DNA from: an uncultured Poribacteria bacterium
GTDB lineage: Bacteria; Poribacteria; WGA-4E; WGA-3G
Direction of reading: 5' to 3'
NCBI GenBank assembly: GCA_951813565.1
Contig: OX638351.1
Span: 3,968,001 to 4,032,000 of the forward strand
Length of the DNA: 64,000 bases
The notes below the pieces were generated by a model. It saw nothing but the letters and a program-made list of their open reading frames with translations, was not told the DNA's origin and did not search any database. A program made the position numbers and the translations under genes. Position 1 is the stretch's first letter; every line of letters begins with the position of its first letter. Below are positions 49,990 to 60,315 of this stretch, one piece after another.

Positions 49990-51072
49990 TTTATCCAGAA
50001 ATTTGTGAGTCGCACGTGGAAGCGGATAATCCTGCAGGGCATCAAGTTTAACCCATTTTGCGTCTATCGGTCCGTTGAGAATTACCTCACCCGAATGATA
50101 ATCGCATTGAAATACATCCACGACTATTTTGAAATGGGTGAATGCGTGTTTGACACGGGTGAGGTATTTTATATTGGTAACAGAAAGATTGACAACATCG
50201 GTGATGTGACGGATACAAGCATCTTCTGCACTTTCGTCTTCTGTGAGTTGTCCATTGGGAAATTCCCAGAGTCCACCGAGTAAACCGTCAAGTGGTCGTT
50301 GAATAATTAAAACTTCTGATTCTTTGTAGATAACACCTGCAGCGATGTGGTGTTCAGGAACTGCCGCTGTCGGACGCCGATGCGGAAATTCATCTTGACG
50401 GACAGTGTAGAATGCCGCGCAAAATTGGTTCACAGGACAGATAAGACAGGTAGGGGATTGGGGACGACAGATAGTTGCGCCCAATTCCATCATTGCTTGA
50501 TTGAATAGTCCTGGCTCTTTCTGATCTAATAGGTCATCCGCTTTCTGTTGAAAGCTTTTTGCTGATGAAGTCTCGTTGATAGGTGCTTCCATTAGGTAGA
50601 GGCGTGCTAACACACGTTTTATGTTGCCATCAACTGCAGCGTGCGGTGTATTAAAGGCGATACTTTGCACCGCCGCAGCACTATAATCCCCTACTCCTGG
50701 CAATTTCCTAAAAGTAGCATAGTCACTTGGTATTTCCCCATCTAACTCCTTTATAATCAACTGTGCTGCTTTATGTAGATTCCGCGCTCGTGCGTAGTAT
50801 CCTAATCCTTCCCATACTTTTAGCACATCTTGTAATGGCGCAACTGCAAGTTGTTGAACATCTGGAAACCGTTCTATAAACCTTTCATAATATGCCACTA
50901 CCTTTTTGACCTGTGTCTGCTGTAGCATCACTTCTGAAACCCAAATGCGGTATGGATCATCAATGCCTCGCCACGGCATTTTCCGTTGATATTTTTTGAA
51001 CCATGTCAGCAACTTTTTACGGAATTCTTGTTGTGACTTCAATAACTGTTTTTTTGGCATTAGCTGCAGCAT
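49978..51072 (-). CDS. mutY: A/G-specific adenine glycosylase
   Basis: WVSEVMLQQTQV, WEGLGYYARARNL, LPGVG.Y, VDGN, C.P..P.C..CP...C, NUDIX-like tail. Confidence 0.95.
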   Translation of the reverse strand: MLQLMPKKQLLKSQQEFRKKLLTWFKKYQRKMPWRGIDDPYRIWVSEVMLQQTQVKKVVAYYERFIERFPDVQQLAVAPLQDVLKVWEGLGYYARARNLHKAAQLIIKELDGEIPSDYATFRKLPGVGDYSAAAVQSIAFNTPHAAVDGNIKRVLARLYLMEAPINETSSAKSFQQKADDLLDQKEPGLFNQAMMELGATICRPQSPTCLICPVNQFCAAFYTVRQDEFPHRRPTAAVPEHHIAAGVIYKESEVLIIQRPLDGLLGGLWEFPNGQLTEDESAEDACIRHITDVVNLSVTNIKYLTRVKHAFTHFKIVVDVFQCDYHSGEVILNGPIDAKWVKLDALQDYPLPRATHKFLDKLIL

Positions 51073-51197
51073 TGTAACTTCAGGTTGAATGGTATCGGGC
51101 TTACAAAGCCCTCCTACAATTGTGGAGTTAGTTGTTTTATTTTTTAATTCCTAAAATTTTGGTTCTGGCAATTACGAGTTGAAACTATTAATTTCCA

Positions 51198-51917
51198 CTA
51201 CATATCTGTCGCAATCCGAAACCCAACATTATGAACCGCACGGATCGGTTCGTAAGCAGCACGATTTGCACAACGGGCAGCGAACTCACCGCGCGGCAAC
51301 CACGAACCACCCCGAATTACTTTACGTCTACCTTCAGCAGCTCCCATAGGATTTTCTGCAGGCGAGTATTTGTATGTTTCCGCATGAAACCAATCGCTGC
51401 ACCAATCATAAGCATTTCCTGCCATATCGTAGCACCCAAAAGGACTAATACCCTCTGGATAACTACCAACTGGAGTCAACTTTTTTAATTGGGATTCAGA
51501 TGTGTTTGCCTTGGTTGCGTCCCATACATTTCCCCACGGATACTCTCTGCCATCGGTGCCGCGCGCAGCTTTTTCCCATTCTGCCTCTGTCGGTAGACGA
51601 TATGTTTCCCCTGTCGTGCTGCTAAGCCATTCTAAAAAATTAGTTGCATCGGACCAACTTACACCGACAACAGGAAAATCTTTCCCGTTGAAGCGTTCAT
51701 CTACCCAATACAGTGGTTGTCTATATCCTGTTGCCTTAACAAATTGCGCGTACTGTACATTTGTAACGTGATAGATACCGATGGCGTAAGCATCCAGTGT
51801 AACGCTGCGTTGTGGTTCTTCGGGATCGGTTTTCCGCAATCCTGTTGGATAAGTTCCCATTGTAAACGGACCGGCAGGGATTTGGGCTAATGGGTAGTTG
51901 AGATGTTCTATGTGCAT
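51198..51917 (-). CDS. Formylglycine-generating enzyme family (FGE-sulfatase) protein
   Basis: F.MG, PVV.VSW, RLPTEAEWEKAARG, DMAGN, RGGSW, GFR. Confidence 0.88.
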   Translation of the reverse strand: MHIEHLNYPLAQIPAGPFTMGTYPTGLRKTDPEEPQRSVTLDAYAIGIYHVTNVQYAQFVKATGYRQPLYWVDERFNGKDFPVVGVSWSDATNFLEWLSSTTGETYRLPTEAEWEKAARGTDGREYPWGNVWDATKANTSESQLKKLTPVGSYPEGISPFGCYDMAGNAYDWCSDWFHAETYKYSPAENPMGAAEGRRKVIRGGSWLPRGEFAARCANRAAYEPIRAVHNVGFRIATDM

Positions 51918-52090
51918 ATTAGTGCGTAGAGAATAAGGGTCAGTGTATTATTTGTCTTAGTATAACACATCTGGATGCTATTTTCAATATACCCGGAGTT
52001 CAATAATCTTATCTTATTTGACATTCATTCAGTAGATATGTTATTATTTTCACACAAAAGTATTCATCTGTTTTGGAAGAGATATAACAT

Positions 52091-52296
52091 TATAGTGGAT
52101 TTTACAATTAACTGGACATTGTCACTCGGCACGGACAAAGTGTTCTACAGTTTTAAAGTCGCGACCTGGAGGTCGCTCCCGCCAAATACCAAACGCGTAT
52201 TTAGCGTTGATTCACAAGAAGAGGCGCAATGAATTGCGCGACTACAAACGCAGCAACCTATAAAGAACTGTCCAAGTAATTTTAGATTTCACTATA
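52091..52296. repeat. MITE-like element with TATAGT terminal inverted repeats and internal REP units
   Basis: TATAGTGGATTTTACAATTAACTGGACA ... TGTCCAAGTAATTTTAGATTTCACTATA. Confidence 0.65.
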
Positions 52297-52378
52297 AATA
52301 TAACAGGTGAAAAATGACTACGGATATCAGTTTGGAGACATGAAACAGTATATCCTTGCAAACAGAAGGAGTTGTCCG

Positions 52379-53113
52379 ATGACAGGTGAAGAAAAATTTA
52401 AGGTAGACCTTGAAGGGTATCTGATAATTAAGAACGTATTGACAGACGATGAAGTGGCAGAGATGAACGCCTTTATTGATAAAGGTGAAACGAATAGACG
52501 ACCAAGTCTTTGGGGAGAACCGTTCAGGAAGTTAATTGACCATCCGAGAATCCTGCCATATCTTATTGAGTTGTTGGGCCCGAATGTTCGTCTGGATCAC
52601 GATTACGCCATTTTCATGGACACAGGTAGCAAAAGAGGTGGATTGCACGGTGGTGAAGACGGTGGACACGCCCGTGGAAACGTGGGGGATCACTGGTATA
52701 AATATCGGGACGGTGTGATGCGAAACGGATTATGTGTAATGACCTACAATTTGGCGGATGCTCCTGAAGGTGCAGGCGGATTTGCGTGTATTCCAGCAAG
52801 TCACAAAAGCAACTTTGCTCCAGAAATTCCGAGAGAGGTTAGACTCTTTGAGCGTCCAGCACATTATGTGGTTCAACCACCGCTTGAAGCAGGGGATGTA
52901 CTGTTTTTCACTGAAGCACTTATCCACGGCACAATGCCATGGACAGCAACGCATCAGCGCCGTGCTTTGCTATACAAATATAGTCCGGGACATTCGGCTT
53001 GGTCAGGAAATTACTACGACATTAGCCAATACGGTGAGTTGACTGAACAACAGAAGCGGATGCTCTTACCACCATCTATAGGTGGAAGACCTCGCGTTGT
53101 TGAACAGAAGTAA
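52379..53113 (+). CDS. Phytanoyl-CoA dioxygenase family protein (copy 1)
   Basis: GYL..KNVL, LHGG, IPASHK, AGDVLFF...L.HG. Confidence 0.85.
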   Translation: MTGEEKFKVDLEGYLIIKNVLTDDEVAEMNAFIDKGETNRRPSLWGEPFRKLIDHPRILPYLIELLGPNVRLDHDYAIFMDTGSKRGGLHGGEDGGHARGNVGDHWYKYRDGVMRNGLCVMTYNLADAPEGAGGFACIPASHKSNFAPEIPREVRLFERPAHYVVQPPLEAGDVLFFTEALIHGTMPWTATHQRRALLYKYSPGHSAWSGNYYDISQYGELTEQQKRMLLPPSIGGRPRVVEQK

Positions 53114-53153
53114 TATTAACTGGTAACGATCACATTGAAAGGAATTAACATTC

Positions 53154-53888
53154 ATGACAGGTGAAGAGAAATTTAAGGTAGACCTTGAAGGGTATCTGAT
53201 AATTAAGAACGTATTGACAGACGATGAAGTGGCAGAGATGAACGCCTTTATTGACAAAGGTGGGATGCAAGGACCTCCAAGTCTATGGGGAGAACCGTTC
53301 AAGCGCCTCATTGACCATCCGAAAATCCTGCCATATCTTATTGAGTTGTTGGGCCCGAATGTTCGTCTGGATCACGATTACCCTATTTTTATGAATAGTG
53401 GTGATGGACGTGGTGGGCTACACGGTGGTGAAGATGGCGGGCGTCCGGGCGGTCCCGAAGGGGATCACTGGTACAAGTACCGTGACGGTGTGATGCGTAA
53501 TGGATTATGTGTTATGACATATAACCTCGCTGATGCTTCAGAAGGAGCAGGTGGATTCGCTTGTATTCCGGGAAGCCACAAAAGCAATTTTTTGAGAGAA
53601 ATCCCACCAGACGTTCGCAACTTTGAGCGTCCAGTACACTATGTCGTCCAACCAGCCCTTGGAGCGGGGGATGTACTGTTTTTCACAGAGGCTCTCGTTC
53701 ATGGTACAATGCAGTGGAAAGCGGAGCATCAACGTCGTTCTTTGTTATATAAATATAGTCCGGGACATTCGGCTTGGTCAGGAAATTACTACGACATTAG
53801 CAAGTATGGCAATTTGACCGAACAGCAAAAACGGATGCTTTTGCAACCATCAATTGGAAAGAGACCACGCGTCGTAGATACGAATTGA
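53154..53888 (+). CDS. Phytanoyl-CoA dioxygenase family protein (copy 2)
   Basis: Tandem paralog of copy 1. Confidence 0.85.
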   Translation: MTGEEKFKVDLEGYLIIKNVLTDDEVAEMNAFIDKGGMQGPPSLWGEPFKRLIDHPKILPYLIELLGPNVRLDHDYPIFMNSGDGRGGLHGGEDGGRPGGPEGDHWYKYRDGVMRNGLCVMTYNLADASEGAGGFACIPGSHKSNFLREIPPDVRNFERPVHYVVQPALGAGDVLFFTEALVHGTMQWKAEHQRRSLLYKYSPGHSAWSGNYYDISKYGNLTEQQKRMLLQPSIGKRPRVVDTN

Positions 53889-54305
53889 GAATGGCTTTCG
53901 GTTATAGCTGCTGTCACCTGTCGTCCCGCTGGAGCTTGTATCTGGAGGTATCACGTTCTATATACATTCCGCCCTCTTGCGCTATACACATTCATAAAAT
54001 CGGATTCATGTCCTTAAGTTGACAGTTATGTGTTTCGCTTCGCTCTACCCAACGGACAATATAAACTTTCAGTAACAATCATCAACTGATAATTCTTAAA
54101 ACTAATTAATCCTAAATCGCATTATTACATTTCGTTTTTTAATTGGCACAAACTTCCAACTATGAAATAATAAGCAAGGTCAGGTTTCTAATATCAGAAT
54201 TTAGTTTAGAATACTTGACTTCATGTGGTTTTTGGATATAATGAAAGACTTGATACTAAATTCATTTTTCAGCGTTAACGTATTTGGGAGAGGTAGCAAC
54301 ATAAT

Positions 54306-55392
54306 CAGGACTTACGCATTTTTATAAAATGGTGTATACTATTCTATTATGATTACATTTTCCCACTCTCAAAAGAAGGAAAACCTATTTTCCGATTATT
54401 GTCAGTTTTTGATAGCAAGTGTCACGAATTGGACACAAACCTACTTTGCTGCTCGGACAGAAAAATGGAGCCACGATCAACTCAATCGTTTCTTGAGAAA
54501 TGAAAACATTTCTTCAAGCGAACTCTGGCAATCCGTAAAGGATGACATTGAGTATGATGAAGGATACATAGTTTTTGATGATTTTGTGCTTCCTAAACTC
54601 CATGCCAAAGAGATTGAAGCCCTTCGTTCTCAATGGAGTGATAGCGACAAAAAAGTCGTTGTAGGCATCGGTATTGTCACGTGTCTTTATGTCAATCCAA
54701 AGACGCAAGAATATTGGATCATTGATTATCGTATTTTTGACAAAGATCATGATGGTAAAACCAAAATAGACCATTTACTGGAAATGTTGCACAATGTCTA
54801 CTTGAAAAAACAACTCCCGTTTCGGACTGTGCTCATGGATGCTTGGTATGCGTCAATGAAAGTCATCAAAGCGATTGAAAAACTTTCCAAGATTTACTAT
54901 GTGCCTCTCAAGCGTAATCGTCTTGTCAATGATACGGATGGTGTTGAACAACACCAACAAGTCCAAGATTTATGTTGGACCCAAACAGAAATACGACAAG
55001 GAAAACGAGTGCACATCAATAAGTTTCCAAATGGACATCAAGTGAAGTTGTTCCGGATAGCGTCCTCTAACGGACACACGGTATATATCGCTACAAACGA
55101 TTTATCTCAATCAGATGCGGATGCCACAATCCAAGAATGTAAAGTGCGTTGGAAGATTGAGCAATTTCATCGTGAGATCAAACAAGTCACTGGTATTGGT
55201 AAATGTCAATGTCGCAAGTTGCGTGCGCAAAGAAATCATATTGCGTGTTGTTTTCAAGTATGGGTCTGTTTGGCACGCACTGCCCGTGCAGTTGGTAGAA
55301 CAATTTATGAGCTTAAAGATAGCTTATTGGACGATTATTTACGACATCAACTCTCAAATCCTTCAATAATCTTCAAGACTGCGTAAGTCCTG
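54306..55392 (+). mobile_element. IS701-family insertion sequence (transposase 54349-55386)
   Basis: Perfect 13-bp TIR CAGGACTTACGCA/TGCGTAAGTCCTG; SHD..NRFL, FDD, MDAWY, RWKIEQFHRE.KQ..G...CQ.R. Confidence 0.9.
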
Positions 55393-55398
55393 GAGAAA

Positions 55399-58383
55399 TT
55401 AATTTCGTGCTTCAGGAGTGACTTTAAGTTTCACCTGTTTCCCATCACGCATCACAACGATCTCAACTGGTTCACCAATTTTCACAGCATCAAGGGCATA
55501 GGTTAAATCATAGATATTTTCAATCTTTTTCGTGCCGAGTTCAACGATGACATCACCGCCCTTTAAACCTGCTTTATCTGCAGGACCGCCAGCGACAACG
55601 CCAGAGAGTTTAACACCAACGTCTTCAGTGGTATAATCAGGAATAGTCCCCAAATATGCACGTAACGTTCCACGACTTCCCTGCTCAGGCTTGTTCCGCT
55701 CCACTTTTACGTATTCTGGTCGCGTGTCCGCGCTAATTAGGTCTGAAACAATCCCATAAGCCAGACTTGAGATACGTTCCAAGCCAGCATAGTTGAGGGT
55801 TTCAGCATCATCTGTCGGACGGTTATAGTTCTTGTGTAAACCGGTGAAGAAACTGAGGACAGGAACGTTTTTCGGATAGAAGGCTGTCACATCTGTTGGC
55901 AGATACGGGTCTTTTTGTAGTGCCAGATTAAAACCGACAAGCACATTACGTTTTTCAATTAACTTTGTCCAAATAGGTGAAGATCCGATACCTTGCAGGA
56001 CAAGCTTATTTTTACGGAGACGTCCCACCATATCAAAGTTAATGTAGGCAGCAACATCGTTTAAAGGAAGCACTGGATCATTTACAAAATGAGTAGACCC
56101 AATGAGTCCGAGCTCTTCACCCGACCATAACGCAAAGATAACGCCTCTCTTAAATTTTTCTGGCTGATTTTGACGTTCTTCACTAAACATCTCTGCTAAT
56201 TTTAATATAACAGCAGTGCCTGAAGCGTTATCATCAGCACCGTTATGGATTTGTCCTTTTTCTTCATCTTTCGCGAGTGATCCAATCTCTCCATAGCCGA
56301 TATGATCGTAGTGTGCACCAACGATGATGTATTCACTGTCTTCAATCTGATGGGTTGGCGGGAGCATCGCGAGGACATTATTATCCGTTTTCTTAATCTT
56401 TTCAATGGAAGCAGTTATCTTGATTTTGACATCGGGTAACGGAAATTGTCCGACAAAGTGCGGATTCTCGTCGTCAAGTCCAGTTTGAACCTCTTTCAAG
56501 TTTTTGCCTGCTTGTGCTAATAGGGTATTTGCTACAGTATGGGTAATAGAACCAGCGACTATGCCAGAATCAGCACTGCCACTGTCAAAATTAAGTGGGA
56601 TTATCTTACCTGCGTTTGGTGAATTCGGACCGGCAACGGTAAGGAACGCTTTTGCACCGTTTTCCCGCGCTTGCACTGCCTTATAGCGGATTCCCGCATA
56701 CCGAATCAATTGCTGTCGGCGTTCAGCCTTCACGCCTTCTGGAACGTAGCGAAGTGCGACAACAATCTTATCCTTCACATCTATACCAACATAAGAATTA
56801 TATCCTTCGCTTGTTTCTCCAGGGACGACTAACCCATATCCAACAAACACGACTTCACCCTCAACGACACCATTGCTTGAAAAAGAGAGCGGTAAAAAAT
56901 CATGCTCTACCTTGAATTCAAGTTGCTCTTCAGACTTCTCTATTTTGCGTGTGATATGGAAACGGTTTTCATTTGGTATAATTTTTCTGCCTGCTGTGAA
57001 CTCAAAAGTTTGGAAATAACCGCCTTCCTCACCAGCAGGTTGGAGGTTGAGTTTGGTAAATTGATCAACGATGTAATCTGCAGCGCGTTTTGCACCTTTG
57101 GAACCGGTCATCCTACCTTCTAAAGCATCGTCTGCCAAGAATTCAACGTGCCGCTGAATACTGCCTTTGATTTCATCGGCAAAGTCGGTAAAAGACGAGT
57201 CGGGTTCGGACTCCTCTACAGCTGGTTCTGGAGTTCTTGAAATTGAACGCCTCGGTGAAATAGCGATTGCTTCTAATGCAGCTTCGTGATCCCACGATGC
57301 AAGATAGAGTTGCGAAACATTTTGATTGTTACGGTTAGATGTCCAACACAAGCGGTTGCCATCTGGTGAAAAAACAGGCAGTCCATCAAAACCATCAGTC
57401 GAGGTAACTTGAACGGGTTCATGTCTTCCGTTTGCGTCTACGAGATATAACTCAAAATTGGAAAATCCAAGTTTGTTAGAAGCAAAAATTACATAAGCTC
57501 CACTTGGATGAAAATAAGGTGCCCATGACATGCTATCGAAATCTGTCAAACGTTTCACACCTGATCCATCCAAGCGCATTGTATAGATGTCTGCAGTGCT
57601 TCCATCTTGTGAAAAATGCCGCCAGACGATATGTTGCCCATCAGGTGTAAAGAAAGGGCCGCCATCGTATCCGGGTGAATCTGTCAAACGTTTCTGGTTG
57701 GAACCATCAGCATTCATGATATAAATTTCACCGAAATATGCAGGATCAACTTCAAGCTGCTTGAGGTCCTTTGGGGAGAGTTCGCTTTTTGGATATGCGT
57801 CCCGCAGCGAGCAGAAAACGATATATTTTCCATCAGGTGAATATGAACCTTCAGCATCATAGCCATGCGCGTCTGTCAGCTGTGTTAGATTGCTTCCATC
57901 ACGGTTAGCGGAGAAGATGTCCATCGCTTCATCGTAATCCCAGCTATAGCGGCGTTCTTTGCCAGATTCTCGGAAATTGAGTTCCTCCTCCTGCTTTGCT
58001 TGCGCAAATACATCGTGATGTGTGGAGGCGTAAAGCACTTCATCGGAACCAGGGCGAAAGAAAGCGCACGTTGTTTTTCCAACACCAGGTGAAACGCGAT
58101 GCGTATCTCCTGTCAGTAGGTTGAGAAGATAAATTTGATAGAATGGGTTGTCCGGTTCGCGTTCACTTTGAAAGATCAGTGCGTTTCCATCTTCAGAGAA
58201 ATAGCCTTCTCCAGCACGTTTCCCGTCATAAGTGAGTTGTCGGATATTACTTAGAAATCGTGCCTCTCCAGCAGACTTGGTATCTGTTTCGTTTCCAGTA
58301 GCATCAGGTAATTCCGCGTTACTCGTTAGAGAAACAGCAATCAATATCGCGGATAACAGACTGATCCATTTGATGCGGTGCAT
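55399..58383 (-). CDS. Secreted TolB-like propeller + PA + M28 peptidase + PDZ protein
   Basis: PD40 repeats; GAHYDH, GADDNASG, GEE.GL.GS; C-terminal PDZ (LGTIPD). Confidence 0.88.
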   Translation of the reverse strand: MHRIKWISLLSAILIAVSLTSNAELPDATGNETDTKSAGEARFLSNIRQLTYDGKRAGEGYFSEDGNALIFQSEREPDNPFYQIYLLNLLTGDTHRVSPGVGKTTCAFFRPGSDEVLYASTHHDVFAQAKQEEELNFRESGKERRYSWDYDEAMDIFSANRDGSNLTQLTDAHGYDAEGSYSPDGKYIVFCSLRDAYPKSELSPKDLKQLEVDPAYFGEIYIMNADGSNQKRLTDSPGYDGGPFFTPDGQHIVWRHFSQDGSTADIYTMRLDGSGVKRLTDFDSMSWAPYFHPSGAYVIFASNKLGFSNFELYLVDANGRHEPVQVTSTDGFDGLPVFSPDGNRLCWTSNRNNQNVSQLYLASWDHEAALEAIAISPRRSISRTPEPAVEESEPDSSFTDFADEIKGSIQRHVEFLADDALEGRMTGSKGAKRAADYIVDQFTKLNLQPAGEEGGYFQTFEFTAGRKIIPNENRFHITRKIEKSEEQLEFKVEHDFLPLSFSSNGVVEGEVVFVGYGLVVPGETSEGYNSYVGIDVKDKIVVALRYVPEGVKAERRQQLIRYAGIRYKAVQARENGAKAFLTVAGPNSPNAGKIIPLNFDSGSADSGIVAGSITHTVANTLLAQAGKNLKEVQTGLDDENPHFVGQFPLPDVKIKITASIEKIKKTDNNVLAMLPPTHQIEDSEYIIVGAHYDHIGYGEIGSLAKDEEKGQIHNGADDNASGTAVILKLAEMFSEERQNQPEKFKRGVIFALWSGEELGLIGSTHFVNDPVLPLNDVAAYINFDMVGRLRKNKLVLQGIGSSPIWTKLIEKRNVLVGFNLALQKDPYLPTDVTAFYPKNVPVLSFFTGLHKNYNRPTDDAETLNYAGLERISSLAYGIVSDLISADTRPEYVKVERNKPEQGSRGTLRAYLGTIPDYTTEDVGVKLSGVVAGGPADKAGLKGGDVIVELGTKKIENIYDLTYALDAVKIGEPVEIVVMRDGKQVKLKVTPEARN

Positions 58384-59196
58384 CTCAATTCCTCCATTTT
58401 GGTTTAACTTTATATGAGGGCGTGCATAAATATTTGGCGCATCAACACAGACAGGGACAGACGCCAGGTGCCGCTTGATTTATAGAAATGCGTTTGTAGT
58501 CGCGCAATTCATTGCCAAATCAACGCAGCATGCGCCAAATCAAGAAATCAACGGTATGAATCATGGCGAATGCCAAAAGCGCATTCGTCTTTAGTCATTC
58601 ACCGGGTCCGAATGCCTTATGGCATTCCCCGTGTGGCATGCTGCGCCTCTTTGAACTTGTGGACGGAAACCCACGGCGTGTGCGGACTACCTTTAAGCGC
58701 ATATTTAACATCGGAATTATTTATGCACACCCCTCACTTTATTATAGAATCCTTTTTGAGTTCGGTAATTGTGCAGTATGTCGTAGGTTGGGTAGAGCGG
58801 TAAACAAAGTACTATTGTGTTTCCACGGAGTGTTACTATATATTCAGGAGCATTCGCATGGTTAGATATAGCGAAACCCAATCAACGCTATGAATGCCTT
58901 TTGGCGGAATACGCTTTTGGTATTCCGCATGATTCAGCCAAATCAACGTCAAATGCGCTTTTGGCATTTGGCGGGTGTCAATTTAGCGGTTCGCCACCTT
59001 AGTAGGCGCGTTTGTAAACGCGCCGTTAGACAATCTTTAGCACAGATATAGCGCGTTTACAAACGCGCCTACCTTTGGGTAATAAATTGGGCTTAGAAAG
59101 CCCTCCCACAAGAAAATCAGGCACTAAATTGATGGCTGTGGGTTCTACTTCGTTCAACCCAACCTACACGCTCTCACACTCAAATTATTGTACTTG

Positions 59197-60048
59197 TTAT
59201 AAATGCTCATCCGCCTTCTGTTTGAGGAAGGCAAGCCCATCCGTAGCAAGACTTTCGGCACTGGGTGCAATATCGCGCCAGATACATGTTGCAGCGGCAA
59301 TCTCCTTAACAGCAGGCGTGAACGACTCAATCACAAGCCATCTGTCGTAGCTTACCTTTGCGAGTGCACCAAATACACCATCCCAATCAACAAGTCCTGT
59401 GCCGGGAGTTCCGCGGTCATTTTCACAACAGTGCATGTGATGCAAGTAATCCCCAGTATTGATAATCGCGTCCGCCTGATTCTTCTCTTCAATATTCATG
59501 TGAAATGTGTCCAGATGCACTTTGAAATATGGACTACCCACCGCTTTACAAAGCTTGACAGCATCTTCTGCGATATTGACAAAATAGGTTTCAAATCGAT
59601 TGAGCGGTTCACTTGCAAGCGTGACACCGTGCTTCCCACCGAATTCGGCTACATCTTGTAAACCTTCAACGCACCATTCCCATTCCTGTTCGTTTCTACC
59701 ACGTCCAACAAGTTTGCCGACAGCACTGTACATAGGACCTACAAGCGTATCAGCACCCAATTCTGCAATTACCTCAATTGTGCGCTTGAGATAAGTAACC
59801 CCGTTTTCACGGATTGCGGGGTCTTCGTCAATTGGATTCCTATCGCCTGCCATGATATTACATCCGATGGTTTCTAAACCGGTATCCTTTAGTAATGCTT
59901 GCGTGTACGGAATGTCCACCGTCTCCGGATCAAAGATTGGGATTTCTACTCCATCAAAACCCAATTCAGCAACTTTCGGAATAAGATCAGCAGTTTCTTT
60001 GTCAAACTTATCTGCCCACAGCAATAAATTTACACCAAACTTTGGCAT
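59197..60048 (-). CDS. Sugar phosphate isomerase/epimerase (D-tagatose/D-psicose 3-epimerase family)
   Basis: EPLNRFET, LDTFHMNIEE, H.CENDRG.PG.G. Confidence 0.88.
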   Translation of the reverse strand: MPKFGVNLLLWADKFDKETADLIPKVAELGFDGVEIPIFDPETVDIPYTQALLKDTGLETIGCNIMAGDRNPIDEDPAIRENGVTYLKRTIEVIAELGADTLVGPMYSAVGKLVGRGRNEQEWEWCVEGLQDVAEFGGKHGVTLASEPLNRFETYFVNIAEDAVKLCKAVGSPYFKVHLDTFHMNIEEKNQADAIINTGDYLHHMHCCENDRGTPGTGLVDWDGVFGALAKVSYDRWLVIESFTPAVKEIAAATCIWRDIAPSAESLATDGLAFLKQKADEHL

Positions 60049-60315
60049 TTTTTGTTATTCTCCTTATCGTCTATTTTTTGGTAGTTTAGCACAAATTGCA
60101 AAGCACTTCAACGTGAATGTATCAGGTGGGTGTGTAAAGTTTTTGTAGAAATCCGCACAACTCCTATTGTAGGGGCGGGTCTCCGGGGAATGCCTTATGG
60201 CATTCCCCGGGACCCCGCTCTACAGTGGAAAACGCCGCGTAATCATTGCAAATTGAACCTATGTAACCAAATATTTACACACCCGTATCAGGTCATTTAG
60301 CGTAGAAACTATGTA

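Noticed and set aside
58490..59170. Short ORFs and palindromes as a possible ncRNA or CRISPR
   Set aside because: Cluster of dispersed REP-like repeats with no regular repeat-spacer period.
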